Below, piece by piece: positions 26,385 through 38,769 of a stretch of DNA of 60,000 nucleotides. The notes under the pieces are model-generated. The model saw only the letters and a list, made by a program, of their open reading frames with translations, was not told the DNA's origin and ran no database searches. The DNA is taken from positions 134,666,001 to 134,726,000 of the forward strand of contig CM059432.1 of the NCBI GenBank assembly GCA_030390025.1, in the 5' to 3' direction. A program made the translations under genes and the position numbers. The stretch comes from Squalus acanthias. Lineage: Eukaryota. Positions within the stretch are counted from its first letter, which is position 1. Every line of letters begins with the position of its first letter.

Positions 26385-27752
26385 CAGCTTAACATCGGTG
26401 GTAGGAAAAATAATGGAATCCCTACTAAAGGAGAAAATAGAAGAACATCTAGAAACCAAAAATATAATAATGAATAGTCAACAGGGATTTCAAAAGGGAA
26501 AGTCTTGCTTGACCAACCTTATTGAATTTTTTGAAGAGGTAGTAGAGAGAGTAGACAACGGTAATGCAGTAGATGTAATTTACCTGGATTTTCAAAAGGC
26601 CTCCGATAATATACTCCATAATAGACTGATGAACAAGGTCAGAGAATGAGGAGTCAGGGGACAAGTAGCAGAATGGATTGCTAGCTGGCTTCAACACAGA
26701 AAGCAGAGAGTAGGGGTAAAGGGTAGCTATTCACAGTGGCAGAAGGTGGGTAGTGGTGTTCCACAAGGATCACTGCTGTTCACAATTTACATTAACGATT
26801 TAGACTTAGGAATCAAAAGCACAATTTCTAAATTTGCGGATGACGCCAAATTGGGAGGGATAGTTAATACTGAGGAGGACTGCAACAAGTTACAGAAGGA
26901 CATTAATAAACTTGCAGAATGGGCATATAATTGGCAAATGAAGTTCAACACAGATAAATGTGAGGTATTACATTTTGGTAGGAAGAATAGGGAGGTCACT
27001 TATCACTTGGAGGGTGCGAGTCTAGGTGGAGTAGGGGAACAAAGGGATCGAGGAGTGCAAATACACAAATCGCTAAAAGTTGCGACACAGGTTAGCAGGG
27101 CCATAAAAAAAAGCAAACCAAGCACTAGGGTTTATTTCTGGAGGTATAGAATTGAAAAGTAGAGAAGGTATGCTAAACCTGTATTGAACTTTGGTTAGAC
27201 CACACTTGGAGTACTGCGTGCAGTTCTGGTCGCCATATTATAAAAGGATATAGAGGCACTGGAGAGGGTGCAGAGAAGATTACAAGGATGATACCAGAAA
27301 TGCGAGGGTATACATATCAGGAAAGGATGAATAGGCTGGGTCTCTTTTCTCTTGAAAAAAGGCTAAGGGGTGACCTAATAGAGGTCTTTAAAATTATGAA
27401 AAATTTTGATAGAGTGGATACAGAGAGAATGTTTCCACTTGTGGGGAAGAGCATAACTAGAGGCCATCAATATAAGATGGTCACCAAGAAATCCAATAGG
27501 GAATTCAGAAGAAACTTCTTTACCCAAAGAGTGGTGAGAATGTGGAACTCACTACCACAGGGAGTGGTTGAGGCGAATAGTATAGATGCATTTAAGGGGA
27601 AGCTAGACAAGCATATGAGGGAGAAGGGAATAGAGGGTTATGCTGATAGATTTAGATGAGGAAAGATGGGAGGAGGCTCATGTGGAGCATAAACGCCGGC
27701 ATGGACTGGTTGGGCCGAATGGCCTGTTTCTGTGCCGTATATTCTATGTAAT
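26385..27752 (+). mobile_element. 5'-truncated CR1 LINE (RT), inactivated
   Basis: SCLTNL.EFFE, YLDFQKA, GVPQGS and FADD motifs; internal stop and frameshifts; 3' UTR present. Confidence 0.95.
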
Positions 27753-28796
27753 CCTTGTTTTCAAATGCCTCCATGGCCTCGCCCCTTCCCTATCTCTGTA
27801 ACCTCCTCCAGCCCTACAACCTTCCGAGATCTCTGCGCTCCTCCAATTCTGGCCTCTTGCACATCCCCGATTTTCTTCGCTCCACTACTGGCGGCCGTGA
27901 CTTCAGCTACCTAGGCCCTAAGCTCTGGAATTGCCCCCCCTGGACCTCTCCACCTCTCACTCCGCCTTTAAGACGCTCCATAAAACCTACCTCTTTGACC
28001 AAGCTTTTGGTCACCTGTCTTACTATCTCCTTATGTGGCTCGGGAGTCAAATTTTGGCCCCTGGGATGTTTTACTATGTTAAAGGCGCTATATCAATGCA
28101 AGTTGTTGTTGCTCAGCCCGAGGTCATTGAGACTAAGTGTAGCACCTCCTGCTGCCATCCTAAACAGCAAGGCCAGCAGCGACTGGGTTGCCAACCTGGG
28201 ACTTTTTTTCGTTTTTATGGTTCAGTTACACCATTTTATTTTAAAGATATATTTCAATAGCTTTTTCCTCCATAAACTGCACTGTCTGTGCACTGCAGCC
28301 AGAAACAACAGGTTCCAACATCACACAGGTGAGAATATCTTGCCATTTCTGCCCATCTAGGAGCAGACCTCCCTGCAACCCAAATACAATAACTTACCAA
28401 GAATACTGCTGTAATCACATTTTTACCAAGAGAAGTCTGCGTATAATGAAACCAGGTGGCAGAAAAGGGAGGGGGAACAGAAAGTTCCCACCCAGTGTCA
28501 GCTTGGCTCAGTCGGTAACACTCTTGCCTCCGAGTCAAAAGGTTGTGGGTTCAAGTCCCACTCCAGAGACTTGAAAACTGAGGGCGTGCTGTATTTAGTG
28601 GACCGTAAAGCACTTTGGGACGTCCTGCGGTCGTGAAAGGCGCTATAGAAATGCAAGTCTTTCTTTATTTTCTATTAGAAAAATAAATCAAACATTGTAA
28701 ACCTTATAACAGCACAGCATTCACAGCAGGGAGCAAATTATTGAATGATTTTAATTAGATATGGCTGAGTTTCATATTAGGCTCGCAAAATACAAT

Positions 28797-29603
28797 GGGC
28801 TGGATTTTCCAAGCCCCGAGGAGGCGGGCATGGAGGCGGGACTGCCGGTAAAGTAGCAGAAAGTGGGGGCGGATGGCAAACCCGCCCCCATCCCGCCTCC
28901 GTGCCCTTTTGCCAGGAGGCAGGAAGTGTGCATTTAATCCTGTTAACTGCCTGTTAACAGGTAGTTAACAGGCAGAAAAAAGGATTAGTGCCATTTTACC
29001 TTCTCAGGTGAAGGCTTCCCGACCTCGGAGAACCCCGCTGGGTTGGAGGAGACATGGAGGAGGTCTGCGGGGGTCGGAGGCACCTGGAAGTAAGATGTAG
29101 AGGTGAGTGATGGGTGCAAGTGTGGAGTGGTAAGTATGGAAGGTGAGTGATAAGTTTAAAAAAGTGTGCACTTAACTTTTTTTCTTTCTACAGCCTTTAG
29201 CCGCGCTGGATGGGGAGAGCCGATATTATCCTTGTCAATTTCACATAATGTGGCTGTTGGATCCTCCGATCTTACAGACATGTGAAATTTACAAAGTTGA
29301 AAAGTTTGATGAGTCCTCACCACAAAGGCTCATCAAACTAAAGAGAATGGCAGTGCTTGACAGCTTCACAGAGCTGTCAAACGCTGTCTTTTCTTCTTTC
29401 AAGAAGTCTTGACAGATAGCACGTCTGACCTTGACGTGATCTATCAGTGACTTCCTCCCTAATTGGCCTGCTGAGCCCGCAGGGCGGGCTTAACAAGCTC
29501 AATCAGGGGGAAATCCCTCTGATTGGTCAGGCGAGGATGGAGGCGGGACATTAACACGACAAGCAGTAGTCCCGCACTCGCCTCCATTCACAAAATCCAG
29601 CCC
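28797..29603. mobile_element. Harbinger-type MITE copy E (different subfamily)
   Basis: TIR gggctggatttt / aaaatccagccc; TSD aat; subterminal tggaggcgggactgc / gtagtcccgc..cgcctcca. Confidence 0.85.
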
Positions 29604-30337
29604 AATGCCTCCACCGCCAATGCTTCCTTTGGGTGATGCATTAGTTTGAGTGTTGTAATTACATCCGGCACATTTCTAGCAGTCTTGAGCGCTCCTGTTT
29701 AAATTAGACTGCATGAAGCTTGTTCTGATTAAAATAACTGCCTCCCTGTTTATTTGGAACAAGCAAAAATTATGCAGGGGCAAACAAGTTTACTGTAAAC
29801 TCCCTAAGCATAGGAACAGAGAGTGTCCCCACTGCTGGCCAACTGACTCAGCAGAGAGCAGTGTCGCTCTCGGTCTGCGTGGCTCAGTACATCACACTTT
29901 GCATCTACCCACTGAGTCACTGGCAGTGTCAAAGGCAACATCGTTTCAAAATCGTATATGGCTGGAGAGACTCAGCTGTCCAATTTGTTTGTGATGTTTC
30001 TTCTGGGAAAAAAAATAAGTGCATTTGTCGACATTACTTTTTCTTTGAAAAAGAATCAAGTGCAGGTAGAACTAGGCTTTTAAAAAAAAATGAATTCTCG
30101 GGATGTGGGCGTCGCCGGCAAGGGCGGTATTTATTGCCCATCCCTGGCTGTCCCCGAGAAGGTGGTGGTGGTGGGCCGCCTTCTTGAACCGCTGGTAGCG
30201 CTTTTGATAAAACTGAGTGGCTTGCCAGGCCGCTTCAGGGGGCAGTCAAGAGCCAACCACGTTAGTGTGGGACTGGAGACACATATAGGCCCAGACCGGG
30301 TAAGGACGGCAGGTTTCCTTCCCTGATGGACATCAGT

Positions 30338-30815
30338 CACCCAGTTCGCTTGGAAGAAGTGTGATCAATGTTCCCGTTAAGCGTCTGGAGGTCCCGCGCA
30401 GGCCGCTTGCCGGCTTTACAATAGGAAAAATTGCGCATGCGTGGAAATTTGAATGGGCCGCACATCCAAAAAAAAATAATTAGAGGGAACATTGACTGCA
30501 ACATACGAAATGGATCCCTTATAGAGGACCCCACAGGATCAAACCTTCCTCGCAAACAGTGGGCAACCATCAACCCCCTCAGAACTGGTCATGGTAGATG
30601 CTGCCACCTTCTCCATAGATGGAAGATTAAAACATCCCCATCATACGACTGTGGAGCTCCTGATCAGACCCTGGAGCACATCATTGAGCACTGCCCTCAG
30701 AGGAAATTCGCAGGCAGCCTACAAGATATGCACTCTGTTACACCAGAAGCTTTGGCCTGACTTAGATATTAATATTTAATTTGTTTTTTGCCACTACCAT
30801 ATGAAAGAAGAAGTA
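30338..30815 (+). mobile_element. Vingi/Ingi-like LINE 3' end
   Basis: LPRKQWATINPLRTGHGRC..LLHRW...DCG...QTLEHIIEHCP C-terminal zinc-knuckle region and catatgaaagaagaag tail. Confidence 0.7.
30366..30494. mobile_element. hAT-like MITE nested in the Vingi-like fragment
   Basis: TIR caatgttccc / gggaacattg. Confidence 0.8.
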
Positions 30816-31389
30816 GTGAACCAGTTGGGATTTTAGCAACAAGCCGACAGCTTCATGGTCACTTTTAGTGAGACTAGCATTGTTTTATATATTCGAGCTT
30901 GTAGAACCTGAATGGAAGATGAACTTAACTTAGAAGCTACCAGTAAAAAAAAAGTCATATTGCAAGAGCAAAAATTAACTCTCGCCCTCCCACTCATTTT
31001 GGTAAGCTGTTAGTGGCTATTACAATCCAAATTTGACATTAAAATTGTTAGCCAGTGCGATGTCTAAGCTTTATGAGAACTTCCATGAGCAGCAAAGGTG
31101 ACACTGATTCATTCATTCACAGAATTTCTCAGTCGAGTCTGACACAGATTTAACAGCTGTACTTTTCAAAAAGTATTCTACACAGAATTTGTTTGATCAG
31201 AAGAACTGAACTGCCCGATCAATAGTGTATTTTGAAATAATAATAAACATCTACTGAATTACAGGCGTAAAATGACATCGAAAACAATTTACAAAAGCAA
31301 AATACTGCGGATGCTGGAAATCTGAAATAAAAACAGAAAATGCTGGAAATACTCAGCAGGTCAGGCAGCATCTGTGGAGAAAGAAACAG

Positions 31390-31426
31390 AGTTAACGTTT
31401 CAGGTCGATGATCCTTCGTCAGAACT
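31390..31426 (-). ncRNA. Minimal type I hammerhead ribozyme, core intact
   Basis: Minus strand reads AGUU-CUGACGA-AGGAUCAUCGACCU-GAAACGUU-AACU: conserved CUGANGA and GAAA, a stem II, a 4-bp stem I and a palindromic ACGU stem III. Confidence 0.8.
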
Positions 31427-32989
31427 GGAAAAAGTTGGAGATGGAACAGGTTTTTAAGCAAGTGCAGGGGCAGGGAAAGGGGGGAGGGGAGGAAAGAACA
31501 AAAGGGAAGGTCTGTGATAGGATGGGAGGCAGGAGAGATTAAGTGACAAAGGGGATGATGGTGCAAGGCAAAAGGAGATGGTAATGGGACAAGTTAAGAA
31601 ACAAAAGATGACTCTAGATGAAGTGTAAATGGCAATGGCAGAATGATCGACAGCTGCCATGTGAGAGAGAAAAAAGATTGGGGCCGAGGTTATGGTCTGA
31701 AATTGTTGAACTTGATGCTCGGTCCAGAAGGCTGTAAAGTGCCTAATCGAAAGATGAGGTGCTGTTCCTCAAGCTTACGTTGAGCTTCATTGGAACAGTG
31801 CAAGAGGCCGAGGACGGAGAGGTCAGAGTGGGAGTGGAGCGGAGAATTAAAGTGACAGGCGACTGGAAGCTCGGGGTCACCCTTACGGACTGAACGGAGG
31901 TGTTCAGCAAAGCGGTCACCCAATCTGCGTTTGGTCTTCCCAATGTAGAGGAGACCGCATCGTGAGCAGCGAATACAGTATACTAAATTGCAAGAAGTAC
32001 AAGTAAATTGCTGTTTCACCTGGAAGGAGTGTTTGGGGCCCTGGACAGTGGGAAGGGGAGGAGATAAAGAGGCATGTGTTGCATCTCCTGCGCTTGCACG
32101 GGAAGGTGCTGGGCGAAGGGGAAGGGGAAGGGGTGCTGGGGGTGATAGAGGAGTGGACCAGGGTGTCGCGGAGGGAGCGGTCCCTTCGGAATGCTGAAAG
32201 GGGAGGTGAGGGGAAGATGTGTTTGGTGGTGGGATCATCACGTTGGAGGTGGCAGAAATGGCGGAGGATGATCTGTTGAATGTGGAGGCTGGTGGGGTGA
32301 AAGGTGAGGACAAGGGGAACCTTATCGTGGTTCTGGGAGGGAGGGGAAGGGGTGAGAGCAGAAGTGCGGGAAATAGAACGGACACGGTCAAGGTCCATGT
32401 CAACCACAGTAGAGGGGAATCCTCGGTTGAGGAAAAAGGAATACATGTAGGAAGCACTAGTATGGAAGGTGGCATCGTCAGAGCAGATGTGGCAGAGATG
32501 GAGAAACTGGGGTGGGAGGAAGTGTAGTCCAGGTAGTTGTGGGAGTCAGTGGGCTTAGAGTGAATGTTTGTCAATAGCCTATCCCCAGAGATGGAGACAG
32601 AGAAGTCGAGAAAGGGAAGGGAAGAGTCGGAGATGGACCATGTGAAGGTGAGCAGGGTGGAAATTGGAAGCAAAGTGAATGAAATTTTCTAGTTCAGGGC
32701 GAGAGCAGGAAACGGCACCGATATAGTCATCAATGTTATTTTTTTTCTCTCTCTCACATGGCAGCTCTCGATCATTCTGCCATTGCTATTTACGCTTCAT
32801 CTAGTCATCTTTTGTTTCTTAACTTGTCCCATTACCATCTCCTTTTGTCTTGCACCATCATCCCTTTTGTCTCTTAATTTCTCCTGCCTTCCATCCTATC
32901 ACAGACCTTCCCTTTTGTTCTTTCCTCCCCTCCTCCCTTCCCCCGTCCCTACACTTGCTTAAAAACCCGTTCCATCTCCAACTTTTTCC

Positions 32990-33022
32990 AGTTCTGACGA
33001 AGGGTCATCGACCTGAAACGTT
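32990..33022 (+). ncRNA. Second hammerhead copy, disrupted by a MITE
   Basis: agtt-ctgacga-agggtcatcgacct-gaaacgtt; the 3' strand of stem I (aact) is displaced to 33791. Confidence 0.75.
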
Positions 33023-33787
33023 GGGCCAAAAATTCAGCCCTTGCCGGGTGAGTACGCGCTGTGTACTCACCTGTAAGGCCGCCTGAAGTGTCAGTTTCCT
33101 GCATGCACTGCGCATGCGCGGGAAACCGGAACTTCCGGTCTGGTGAAGGGAGCGGTTCAGAGGTGAACCGCGTGCGCGGGAGAGGCTGCGCGCACGCAGC
33201 AAATTTAGGGTTTTTTTCAGGTTTCTCCGGGAGGGTAAGTATTGAAGAAGCTGCGCTTTTAAAAAGGAGGCGCAGGACCCGTTTTCAACAAGGTAAGTGG
33301 TTAATTAATTATAATGAAAATTTTTTTCAACAGGTTTATCTTTTTTAGATACTTTAAAGAAAGGTAAGTTTATTTTTAGCACTGTTAAAAAGTATTTTAA
33401 TTTTTTCAAAAATTTAAATTTTTGTTTAAAGTAGTTAATTTATTTAACTTATAGTTATTTTATAAATGTGATGGTTTTTTAAAAATTTATTTGAAGTTTA
33501 GCTGTTCTTTTGGGGCCGATTTCAATTCATAGATTTGACAGGTCTTCCTGTCAAATCTATGAATGAAAGATGGTCTGCTGCCATTGGCTCTCCATGGCCC
33601 ACGTGATCCCAGGGGACGCATCGCACTAACTACGCCCCTGGGACACGCAAGCACTGCGCGCCGGCAGTTGGAGCAGGCCCAGGAGCTGAAGTCCCCGTGG
33701 GCCAGAAGGAGAACGGCAGACGTGGTAGGTAAGTGCGTGCGCGATCCTTACCCCCCGCGGCAAGCCGGAGAGGCGAATTTCTGGGCC
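33023..33787 (+). mobile_element. Harbinger-type MITE copy C
   Basis: TIR gggccaaaaattc / gaatttctgggcc; TSD gtt (33020-33022, 33788-33790); removing the element restores the uninterrupted sequence seen at 31390. Confidence 0.9.
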
Positions 33788-35339
33788 GTTAACTCTGTTT
33801 CTCTCTCCACAGATGCTGCCTGACCTGCTGAGTATTTCCAACATTTTCTGTTTTTATATCGAAAATAATTTGGTTCTTTTCAGTAACCAACAGGATATTT
33901 TATTGGGGCTACGTTTCTGCACTGTCTCATAGCTATAAAAAGTTAACAGGTGCTAATCCCACATGAGTGATAATGCATTAACATGCAAACTTTCTGGGTC
34001 AGCTCATTTGCATAACCATCCACAGATCCAGATGCAGATTTCTGCAGGAGTTTGTAGCACACTAGTGGGAGTAGTGGAAAATTGCAAGCAAGTGAAATTT
34101 AAAGGGATGGGGAGAGTTAAAGGGGAGTGTCACAATGGGTATACAAAAATTCTGAAGGGTTCAAAAGGCATCGCACCCTATTAGCTGCTTTCCCCAAAAC
34201 TGATGGGGCAGGGGATTAAAAGTGAGTTGAAACCCCATGGGCAGGGTTAAGGCTACAGTTGACCAGTAAGGTCACTGGCTGTGCCATCCCTGGAGTGCAT
34301 ATTGGCAGTAGGTGGCAGAGAGCTCTATATCTGGTTTTCTGCTGACCCAGACCCGATCAAGACACTTCCCCACAACTACAGCCAGACGGGTATGACAATG
34401 CATTCAAATACTGTTAAGGGAAATCTGGGTGGGTGCAGCAATCAGGCTGTGCGCTGGCTGATGCACATTGTGGCATGCCCTTCATGTAGCAGACACATGA
34501 AGGGCTTATATGTGAGTGGAGTCTTTCTGAAGAACCATCCAGCAAAATTGGCCTTGCTGTCACAACCTAGCTTCGGTGTTGCAGTCTCCGCAAGCACTAT
34601 TTATTGGCCAAAGCAAGGTCAGTCACCTTGGACTGCAGACGTAGGTATCTGGGTACTGGCAGGTGGGCTCAGAGCAGCAACATGCTTGGCATCTCTTCGG
34701 AGTGCCTCTTCATTCCGCATCTCAGATAGGGCAGAATCTCACTGGGAAACGTATTGATGCCTGTGATGTGTGGTGAGTAATAACTGTTTTAAAATCAATT
34801 GGCACAAGGCCTCATAAGGAGACAAGTGGCAGGAGAGAGAAAAAAAAAAGAAAAAAAAGACAGTGTTGAAAAGTCACAAGTTCCTTATCTCAACTTTCAG
34901 AGACCTTTGATGCAAAGATCTCAACAGGAACAGCCTTAGGCTGCATTTACACTGCAAGATTAACATTGGGGCAAATTGTTTCCCTTCTGCCCCCGTGATA
35001 AACTTGCAGTGGAGTCAGAGTCAGACTGAAGTTCGGAATGAAGTGGAGCAAGCGTCCCTGGAGGGGGTGTTGCACACTCAAAGAGTGCAAGTTCTGTGCA
35101 GTCTTCACCCTGATTTACCAAGTGCTCAGGGAATCCAGTGGACACTTTTTAAAATCTACCTGACCTCAATTTGATTGTTTACGGAGCAGAGATTCTTGCC
35201 TGCTCGCTACCTAAACATTTACATTTTTAACTGTTGGGGGATTGTTCCCTGCTCAGCATGAAAGAACTCCAGAACCGGTAGAGGCAAAGCAATGGAAACA
35301 CTGTCCTGCCTGCCTGGAACCCAAACTGCAGCTATTCTT

Positions 35340-36220
35340 CCCAGATCACTAACCGCAGTGTAAACACACCCAGATCACGAACCGCAGTGTAAACACACCC
35401 AGATCACTAACCGCAGTGTAAACACACCCAGATCACTAACCGCAGTGTAAACACACCCAGATCACTAACCGCAGTGTAAACACACCCAGATCACTAACCG
35501 CAGTGTAAACACACCCAGATCACGAACCGCAGTGTAAACACACCCAGATCACTAACCCCAGTGTAAACACACCCAGATCACTAACCCCAGTGTAAACACA
35601 CCCAGATCACTAACCGCAGTGTAAACACACCCAGATCACTAACCCCAGTGTAAACACACCCAGATCAGTACGCAGTGTAACCAACACCCAGATCACTAAC
35701 CAGTGTAAACACACCCAGATCACTAACCCCAGTGTAAACACACCCAGATCACTAACCCCAGTGTAAACACACCCAGATCACTAACCCCAGTGTAAACACA
35801 CCCAGATCACTAACCAGTGTAAACACACCCAGATCACTAACCAGTGTAAACACACCCAGATCACTAACCCCAGTGTAAACACACCCAGATCACTAACCCC
35901 AGTGTAAACACACCCAGATCACTAACCAGTGTAAACACACCCAGATCACTAACCCCAGTGTAAACACACCCAGATCACTAACCCCAGTGTAAACACACCC
36001 AGATCACTAACCCCAGTGTAAACACACCCAGATCACCAACCAGTGTAAACACACCCAGATCACCAACCCCAGTGTAAACACACCCAGATCACTAACCGCA
36101 GTGTAAACACACCCAGATCACTAACCCCAGTGTAAACACACCCAGATCACTGACCGCAGTGTAAACACACCCAGATCACTAACCCCAGTGTAAACACACC
36201 CAGATCACTGACCGCAGTGT
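35340..36220. repeat. Minisatellite, ~30 copies of 29-bp cccagatcactaacc(g/c)cagtgtaaacaca with 27-bp variants
   Basis: Direct head-to-tail repeats with no spacers. Confidence 0.97.
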
Positions 36221-38769
36221 ATGTGCACCCGTACAGTTCAGCCACAAACACAGTCAAACTTTTTCCCACCTGGAATTTGCAGTACTAGTCTTTATCAGAA
36301 CGACATCAGTAAACCTCGTGTAAAAGTCACCGCACACTAGCTCACCGATACTTTAAATAGGCCACATTAAAATTACACTTCGTAACAGTTATTTCACATA
36401 TTGTTTTGATGAATGGTCTCATCGGAAACATGAATCTATCTTTTTTCTCTCACATGCTAGCTGATCTGCTGTGCATTTTGAGCACTTTTATTCCGATGTC
36501 TAGCTTTTATGGGTTCAATTTAACTATTCATGAATAAAGTGCACAGTTGCAATAAATCATATGTGTCTGCATTGATTATATGCAGATAATTACCCTGTTT
36601 GAAATGCCTAATGAATGGCTTCTGTTTCACTCAAACATACTGTACTTAATTATTTCCATAACACTACACTTCAGATATATTTAAGTTCACAGAATCGTAT
36701 TTAAGGTAATTAGCAAAAGAACCAGAGGCGACATGAAGAAAGAGGAAAACAATTCTTACGCAGCACGTTATGTGGATCTGGAATGCGCTGCCTGAAAGGG
36801 TGGAGGAAGCAGATTCAATAGTAACTTTCAAAAGGAAAACTTTGCTGAACTATGGGAACGAGCAGGGGAGTGGGACTAATTGGATAGCTCTTTCAAAGAG
36901 CCGGCACAGGCACGATCATTCTATGAAATGGAACATAGTGAATTAATAACAGGTCGTGGCAACCTGGGTCAAGACTGCGATTCATTTCATCCGTTACAAC
37001 AACAATTTGCATTTACATAGCACACCTTTAACGGAGTTAAAAACATCCCAAAGCGCTTCACAGGAGCGTTACCAGACAAAATTTGACACCGAGCCACATA
37101 AAGAGATATTAGTACAGGAAGGTGTAGGTTTTAAGGAGCGATTTAAAGGAGGAGAGAGAGTTAGAGAGGCGGAGAGGTTTAGGGAGAGAATTCCGGAGCT
37201 TAGGGCCCAGGCAGCTGAAGGCACGGTTGCCAATGGTGGGACAATTGGGCAGCAATTACCCAGATTCAGCTACCAGATAAAACAGTATTTGTTTAACGTT
37301 TCTCTGAGGAAAGAACGCATAAAACGCAGCCTGTAAAGCATTTCAATGATCGCAGGCACTGTCGCACGGGGAAAAAATATATTCCCCTGTGCTAAACTCT
37401 GAATTTCACCTACTAAAATGGTGCAATTTTGTGGCTCTTGAATCATTTAAGCACTTTCTTTTATATTACGGAACATGCACACATTTTCAGTCACTTAATA
37501 TTTGTAGAAATACTATTCTATAAAGTCCAGTAAGAGCAGATTGACCATAAACGTAGTTAGTATAAATTCTATTCTTCAAAGATGAGATTTACTTAGTTAA
37601 GTTCATAGATTCTTACAGCACAGCAGGAGGCCATTCAGCCCATTATGCCTCTGCCAGCTCTTTGAAAGACCTATCCAATTTAGTCTCACATCCCAGTTTT
37701 TTGTTGTAAAGTTGTATGCTTTATTCATTCAAATATACCTCTCAGAGGTCAAATACGTTTCTGCTTAAAAGAAAAGTGACAAATGCTGCAATTTCCAAAT
37801 TATTACATGTTTACAAATCTGATCCTATTTAAAATTAATCTATTGTCCAGCTCTATCTAGAAGTACGACACTGCACCCAAGAAAAACAGCAGGTCTGCCA
37901 CATTCTTCCGTCAATTCGGGAATATTAACAGATATGAACTGCAGGTTCGAAGTATTAACAATCATATTGCCAGATCTTAAGATCAAAGGAATACTCAACG
38001 CTTGAATTCTCAATTAAGATGCTACAGCCATGTTTCCGTATATTTTTACAAGAACTTATATCCCATTAATCAAAGCCTTTTGTGGGGAAAATATTTCTGT
38101 ATCGTCTGCAAGAGATACTGAATTCAAACACTATCCACTGTGATCAATTTTCTTTTTATTGCCAACTGACCCACTTCATTTTATGTTTAATTTACAACTG
38201 ATTCGGGTTGATTTGTCCATGTTTAGGAGGAAATCTGTCTGGTAAGCACGAGCGATGAGAGACCAGAGAAACTGGGATTGTTCTCCTTAGAGCAGAGAAG
38301 GTTTAAAGGGAGATTTAATAGAGCCGCTTAAAATCATGATGGGCTGATGCCCCTGATGTTGCTCATCTGTGGAAGCATCAGATCATGGAAACACTCACTG
38401 AACCAACAGGCTTGGACAAACTGTGTGAATGCATGTTTTCCACTACAGTGATGGAATACTCCTGTACATCTAAAACTGATCTTGACCTGTACCTGTTGCA
38501 CCATCTCAAACAAGGCAAGGTTTAGGAAAAAATTCAACTGGGAACATAGGGACAGGAGTAGGCTATTCAGTCGCTCGAGCCTGTTTATTAAATGTTTATT
38601 AAGGAAGGTAATTTCCCTTCTACGGGAATAATTCCAACAGATGCAGCATTTCTCTGGTACTCCTCATGCATTGGAAGATGTCTCAAAGCTCTTCACATTG
38701 AAGAGGGAAAAAACCAACAGATGTTATGTTTTTCTCTCAGTTCTTCTTCCCTCCCCTGAAGATGCTGCC

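Larger units (their letters stand above)
30085..30880 (-). mobile_element. SINE-like element sharing the family-2 LINE 3' tail, interrupted by a nested insertion
   Basis: Halves join as ggacat(c/t)agt|gaaccagttggg; same element at 52110-52340 and 52930-53150. Confidence 0.7.
31292..33857 (-). mobile_element. Penelope-like element: 5'-truncated RT thumb plus GIY-YIG endonuclease, with an inverted terminal-repeat copy at ~32740-33857
   Basis: LPFLD, NLVYCIRCSRCGLLYIGKTKRRLGDRFAEH and EQHLIFRLGTLQP motifs; frameshifted; the terminal repeat at 31292-31670 is mirrored in the opposite orientation. Confidence 0.93.

Noticed and set aside
34281..34757. 158-aa ORF
   Set aside because: Non-ATG start, no recognisable domain or splice signals; probably an old repeat.
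35340..36220. CRISPR-like array (29-bp period)
   Set aside because: Units are contiguous with no unique spacers, there are no cas genes, and the context is eukaryotic.
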